From contig CAZYPR010000004.1 in NCBI GenBank assembly GCA_964649495.1, forward strand, positions 11,474-75,473: 64,000 nucleotides of DNA, written 5' to 3'. This stretch comes from an uncultured Clostridia bacterium (GTDB taxonomy: Bacteria > Acidobacteriota > Aminicenantia > JBFLYD01 > JBBIMS01). A program made the position numbers and the translations under genes. Positions 59,740 through 64,000 of this stretch are shown here, piece after piece; positions within the stretch are counted from its first letter, which is position 1; the number at the start of each line of letters is the position of its first letter. Under the pieces are notes generated by a model. That model was not told the origin of the DNA and ran no database searches. It saw only the letters and a list, made by a program, of their open reading frames with translations.

Positions 59740-62262
59740 CTAAAATTTGACCCTCTTGTAGAAAGCAACCTTTATGATTTCCGCTGTCAAAATATACATC
59801 AAAACTATGGACAAGATTAGCAAGAAAAAAACGAGTGGCAGTGGAGCAAATCCCAAAATCTTAGCTAAAGGAGTGAAAGGAAAAATAAAAGCAAACACTG
59901 CCACGGATAGAGTTGCTATCAATAGGTTCTTGCTGGGTTTATCTTTGAAAAATGGTCTCTGACTTCTAACCACCAGGACAATCAATGACGCTGATACTAC
60001 TGATTCAATAAACCAGCCTGTTCTGAATTGAATCTGCCCCGCATGTAAAATGTGAAGAAGTATTCCAAAAGTAATATAATCAAAGACTGAACTTAGAAAA
60101 CCGAAAGTAATCATAAATTGGCGAATTGCCTTTATGTTCCAGCGCCGGGGCTTTTCAATCATTTCTTTATCTACCCGATCAGTTGCAATTGTCATTTCAG
60201 GGAGGTCAGTTAATAAATTTGTCAATAGAATCTGCTTAGGCAAAAGGGGGAGGAATGGAAGGAAGAGAGAGATGCCAGCCATACTGAACATATTTCCGAA
60301 ATTGGCGCTCGTTGCCATAAAAACATATTTCAAAGTATTCGCAAATGTTCTTCTTCCCTCACGGACTGCTTGAGCAAGAACATTTAGGTCTTTTTCCAAC
60401 AGGACAATATCTGCGGCATTCTTTGCAATGTCTGCTGATCCTTCAACTGATATACCTACATCAGCAGAGTGGAGGGCAGGAGCATCATTGATACCATCAC
60501 CCATATAACCTACTACATTTCCTGATTTGCGGAGGGCAAGAATAATCCGTTCCTTCTGATTCGGCTCTATTTCAGCGAAGATATCGGTATCAACCACACG
60601 CTTAAGAAGTGCTTCATCACTCAATTTTCTTAGGTCTGAACCTGTGATAACATTTGCATTGGACAAACCTATTTGTCGTGCAAGAGAGGAAGCTACAATT
60701 TTGTTATCTCCTGTAATGATTTTAAGAGTAATTCCAAGGTTCTGTAGATTTTTAATGGTCTCAATGATTTGTGGTTTGGGAGAATCATCAAAAAGGAGGA
60801 AACCGATAAAGACCATTTTCTCTTCCTGCTCTTTTTCAATTCGGGAAATAGTTCCAATAGTTTTATAGGCAACTCCCAATATGCGAAATCCTTCTCCACT
60901 AAACTTCTCAAATATTCTCTCAATTTTATCTCGAACAGCATCAATTTCAACAAATTTTCCATTTTCAACTTCAGCAAATGAGCAAACTTCAAGAACATTT
61001 GAAAGTGCCCCTTTTGTAATCATTAGATTTTCTCCGTTGCATCGGACGACGATGCTCAATCGCTTGCGTAAAAAATCGTAAGGAATTTCATCCTCTTTCT
61101 GATAATTGGATATATCAAATTGACGATGCTTGCGGATGGCTTCATCAATCGGGTTGTTAAAGCCAGTCTCGTAAGAAGCATTGAGGTAGGCATAAAAAAG
61201 AACTTTATCACATGGTTCTCCATTAATATTGAGAGCATATTTCAAATTTACGATTCCCTCGGTCAATGTGCCTGTTTTATCTGCACAGAGCACATTCATA
61301 CTACCAAAATTTTCAAGAGAATTAAGCCTTTTGACAATTGCCTTAATTTTTGCCATTTTCTTTGCACCGTGTGCCAAATTCACACTTATAATTGCAGGTA
61401 ATAATTGTGGGGTAAGCCCAACTGCAAGTGCCAAGGAGAAAAGAAAAGAATTCAATACAGGTCGTTTCAATAAAATATTGATGACAAAAATTATTATCAC
61501 AAGAATGAAAGTCACCTCCACTAAGAAGAAACCGAATCGTCTGACACCATGTTCAAACTCTGTTTCAGGTGGTCTGAACTTTAAACGCTCTGCAATCTTC
61601 CCGAATTGAGCTTCTTTGCCTGTCCTAACAACTAATTCTTTCCCACTCCCACTTATAACATTAGTTCCCATCCAGAGGACATTTGTTAGCTGAGCTGTAG
61701 GAGTCTCTTCTGGCAAAACACCATGTGCTTTCTCAATGGGGAAGGTTTCACCTGTCAAAATAGCTTCTTCAACAAAAAGGTCTTTTGATTCCAAGACCAA
61801 ACCATCGGCAGGGATAATATCCCCTGCCTTTAAAATCACAATGTCACCCGGAACAATCTCCTCTACAGGTATTTCTTTTTGTATACCATCTCGCAAAACA
61901 TCTGCTTTAATCCGAACAATGGAAAGGAGCTTATTCACCACACTTGAGGCACTATATTCTTGCCAGAAACCGAGCAAACCACTGATAAGAATAATTAAAA
62001 AAATAATAAAAGAATCAATCCAGTCATGGAAGAAAATTGATAGGGCTGTTGCAAATAGTAAAATTAGGATAACCGGACTTTTAAACTGGGATAATAGAAG
62101 CGTTAAGGCATCCGATTTTTTCTCTGATTTAAAGGAGTTAGGACCGTAGATAAGAAGGCGTTTTACAGCTTCTTTACTGGACAGCCCATCTTCCTTTGTT
62201 TGAAGTTCTTGCATAATTTTTTCTTTTGAAACATTCCAGAAATTCATAAAAGATCTATACAT
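59740..62262 (-). CDS. Cation-transporting P-type ATPase (MgtA/Ca2+-ATPase-like)
   Basis: Motifs CADKTGTLT, ITGDN and GDGINDAPAL, with 10 TM helices. Confidence 0.85.
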   Translation of the reverse strand: MYRSFMNFWNVSKEKIMQELQTKEDGLSSKEAVKRLLIYGPNSFKSEKKSDALTLLLSQFKSPVILILLFATALSIFFHDWIDSFIIFLIILISGLLGFWQEYSASSVVNKLLSIVRIKADVLRDGIQKEIPVEEIVPGDIVILKAGDIIPADGLVLESKDLFVEEAILTGETFPIEKAHGVLPEETPTAQLTNVLWMGTNVISGSGKELVVRTGKEAQFGKIAERLKFRPPETEFEHGVRRFGFFLVEVTFILVIIIFVINILLKRPVLNSFLFSLALAVGLTPQLLPAIISVNLAHGAKKMAKIKAIVKRLNSLENFGSMNVLCADKTGTLTEGIVNLKYALNINGEPCDKVLFYAYLNASYETGFNNPIDEAIRKHRQFDISNYQKEDEIPYDFLRKRLSIVVRCNGENLMITKGALSNVLEVCSFAEVENGKFVEIDAVRDKIERIFEKFSGEGFRILGVAYKTIGTISRIEKEQEEKMVFIGFLLFDDSPKPQIIETIKNLQNLGITLKIITGDNKIVASSLARQIGLSNANVITGSDLRKLSDEALLKRVVDTDIFAEIEPNQKERIILALRKSGNVVGYMGDGINDAPALHSADVGISVEGSADIAKNAADIVLLEKDLNVLAQAVREGRRTFANTLKYVFMATSANFGNMFSMAGISLFLPFLPLLPKQILLTNLLTDLPEMTIATDRVDKEMIEKPRRWNIKAIRQFMITFGFLSSVFDYITFGILLHILHAGQIQFRTGWFIESVVSASLIVLVVRSQRPFFKDKPSKNLLIATLSVAVFAFIFPFTPLAKILGFAPLPLVFFLLILSIVLMYILTAEIIKVAFYKRVKF

Positions 62263-62316
62263 TCATGCACTCCCATTTATGGCTAAGATGGTATATAATT
62301 TTCTTGATTTCTATAG

Positions 62317-64000
62317 TTATGCTTCAGCATATAATTCCTCAACATGCTCGTATATTTCAGTTGCAATTTCATTAATCTTTTGATATTCCACCCTTTCATC
62401 TATTACTTTAACTAAAATTTCCTTAATTGCCATCTTTATCTTTGCTCTCAATGTCTCTTTTTTATTCCAGTCAACAATTTTAATAAAGTTGCCAAGTTTT
62501 TTTATGACTTCTTTCGCTACCATCTTTATTTCTTCTTCATTTTTAAAAATCTCTTTCTCTTTTAAAAGCATATCGTAAAAGACAAGTTCGTCTTCACTTA
62601 AGCCTAAATCCTTACCTTCTTCAATTTTTTTCTTTATCTCTTTTGCAATATTTATTAACTCCTCAATCATCTCTGCTGTGGTTAAAAGTTTAATGTTATA
62701 CTTTTCTAAAATGCTGTTTAGCATTTCGGATAACTCTCTATACCTGAATGGGTTTTTCCTTATTCTAACTTTAAGTTCATCGTTTATTATTTTCTGAAGT
62801 AAATCTATGGCATAGTTTTTTTGTTCCATATTTTTAAACTGTAAAAGAAATTCTTCATCAAGCACAGAAACATTCGGTTTTTCTTTTTGAAGCATAGAGA
62901 AGATATCAACAGGCTCCTCAGCTGAGATACTTTTTGAGATTAACTGGCTGATTTCATATTCAAGTTCCCTTGAGATTTCTCTAAATGTGCGTGTAGAGTA
63001 TTTCACCATCATTTTCTTAATCATCTCAAAAAATCTTATGTCATCTTTTATTTTGATAGTTTCAGGATGAGGGCTCGCAAGGGCATAAAGTTTCTTCAGC
63101 TCAATGAAATTTTTTACAAAGTTCTTCTTTTTATCCTCGTCTTCTAACAAATTATAGGCTGAAACGGTTAATCGGGATAGTTGCTCTGAGCTTAAACTTT
63201 TCCAGTTTTTATAATTCAGACCATAAAAAAGAGAAGAAACAATATCATATTTTTCTTTCAGGAGATTTATTACTTGATTAATATCAGTAAGAACCTGCTT
63301 TATTGTTTCAACAGTGTATTTAGCGAGGGATTTTCTCAAATCATCGGCAATTCCGATATAATCAACAATAAGGCCTGCGGGTTTATCCTTGAACACTCTG
63401 TTTACCCGCGCAATTGCCTGGAGCAGGTTATGATTCTTCATTGGTTTATCAAAATACATAGTATGAAGGCAGGGGACATCAAAACCTGTAAGGAGCATAT
63501 CAACTACAATAACCATTTTGGGGTCTCTTTCGGGATTTTTGAAATTATCCAGTAATTCTTCCATCTCATGCTTGTTTCTTATATGGGGATGAAAATCTTC
63601 CGGGTCTCTTTGTTTATTTCCTGACATTACAACTTCCACAGATGGAGCATCTGGAATTTTTTTAATAGCTTTATAAAGTTCAACCGCCACCTTTCTTGAA
63701 ATAACCACAACCATTGCTTTTCCTTCAAATTCACTAACCCTTTTATTAAAGTGTTCCACGATATCTTTTGCTATTTTTTCTATTCTTTCTGGATTGAGGA
63801 TTAAGTTTTCAAGCCGTGCATATTTCTTTTTTAGTTCTTCTTTCATTTCTGGTTCAAGGTCTTCTGATATTTCTTCAAATTCTTCATCAATAAATTCATT
63901 TGTTAAGTGAAGTTCTACAAGTCTTGGTTCATAATAAATTGGAACAATAACTTTGTGTCTTAATGCTTTATCCATTGAGTAAATACTTATTGGTTCTCCA
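62317..64000 (-). CDS. hsdR: Type I restriction enzyme R subunit, C-terminal part (5' end beyond window)
   Basis: Helicase motif V LLTGFDVPCLHTMYFDKP and motif VI QAIARVNRV, then an HsdR C-terminal helical domain. The ORF stays open upstream of 63975 to the window edge. Confidence 0.8.
   Translation of the reverse strand, partial: GEPISIYSMDKALRHKVIVPIYYEPRLVELHLTNEFIDEEFEEISEDLEPEMKEELKKKYARLENLILNPERIEKIAKDIVEHFNKRVSEFEGKAMVVVISRKVAVELYKAIKKIPDAPSVEVVMSGNKQRDPEDFHPHIRNKHEMEELLDNFKNPERDPKMVIVVDMLLTGFDVPCLHTMYFDKPMKNHNLLQAIARVNRVFKDKPAGLIVDYIGIADDLRKSLAKYTVETIKQVLTDINQVINLLKEKYDIVSSLFYGLNYKNWKSLSSEQLSRLTVSAYNLLEDEDKKKNFVKNFIELKKLYALASPHPETIKIKDDIRFFEMIKKMMVKYSTRTFREISRELEYEISQLISKSISAEEPVDIFSMLQKEKPNVSVLDEEFLLQFKNMEQKNYAIDLLQKIINDELKVRIRKNPFRYRELSEMLNSILEKYNIKLLTTAEMIEELINIAKEIKKKIEEGKDLGLSEDELVFYDMLLKEKEIFKNEEEIKMVAKEVIKKLGNFIKIVDWNKKETLRAKIKMAIKEILVKVIDERVEYQKINEIATEIYEHVEELYAEA

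Overview
This is an AT-rich (roughly one-third GC), densely coding bacterial window. Its proteins are rich in K, E and I, which suggests a thermophilic anaerobe. Housekeeping genes dominate. The + strand starts with an ileS(3' end)-lspA-lgt-rluD block, and an mglA/mglB polarity GTPase pair sits on the opposite strand. A porGDAB pyruvate:ferredoxin oxidoreductase operon follows on the - strand. Other recognisable genes are rpsU, lipA, galU, an archease-rtcB RNA-ligase pair, gyrB-gyrA, fadD, a penicillin-acylase-family protein, an ABC-2 exporter and a P-type ATPase. The 3' end of a type I restriction hsdR runs off the window. The accessory content falls into seven parts. (1) A ~6.4 kb single-strand oxidative-stress operon (28.3-34.7 kb) encodes a flavodiiron protein, rubrerythrin, two polytopic membrane proteins (one with a C-terminal CxxCH c-type haem domain), a standalone MBL-fold FDP-like protein, superoxide reductase, a flavin-reductase-like protein and a rubredoxin. 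It is divergently controlled by a Fur/PerR-family regulator with a 7-1-7 inverted-repeat box. The rubredoxin is disrupted by a +1 G in a GGG run. (2) An HD-GYP gene and a 680-aa HEAT-repeat gene are translationally coupled and share a paralogous N-terminal domain. (3) SppA, a polytopic membrane protein and a Clp-type double-AAA+ ATPase with a ~420-aa non-canonical N-terminal domain are co-directional. (4) A small island between rtcB and gyrB carries an ABC-type (AAA_15/21-like) ATPase plus a short possibly DUF4276-like ORF. (5) A gene-remnant junction holds a truncated DUF362 gene, a histidine-kinase ATPase-domain fragment and a receiver-domain tail. (6) A textbook sigma-70 promoter with a T12 tract in its spacer lies upstream of a large secreted S8 subtilase. 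(7) The remaining accessory genes are a tricorn protease with an adjacent M28 aminopeptidase, an MNT plus truncated-HepT toxin-antitoxin remnant, and a Clp1-like P-loop kinase. I found no tRNA, rRNA or CRISPR array.
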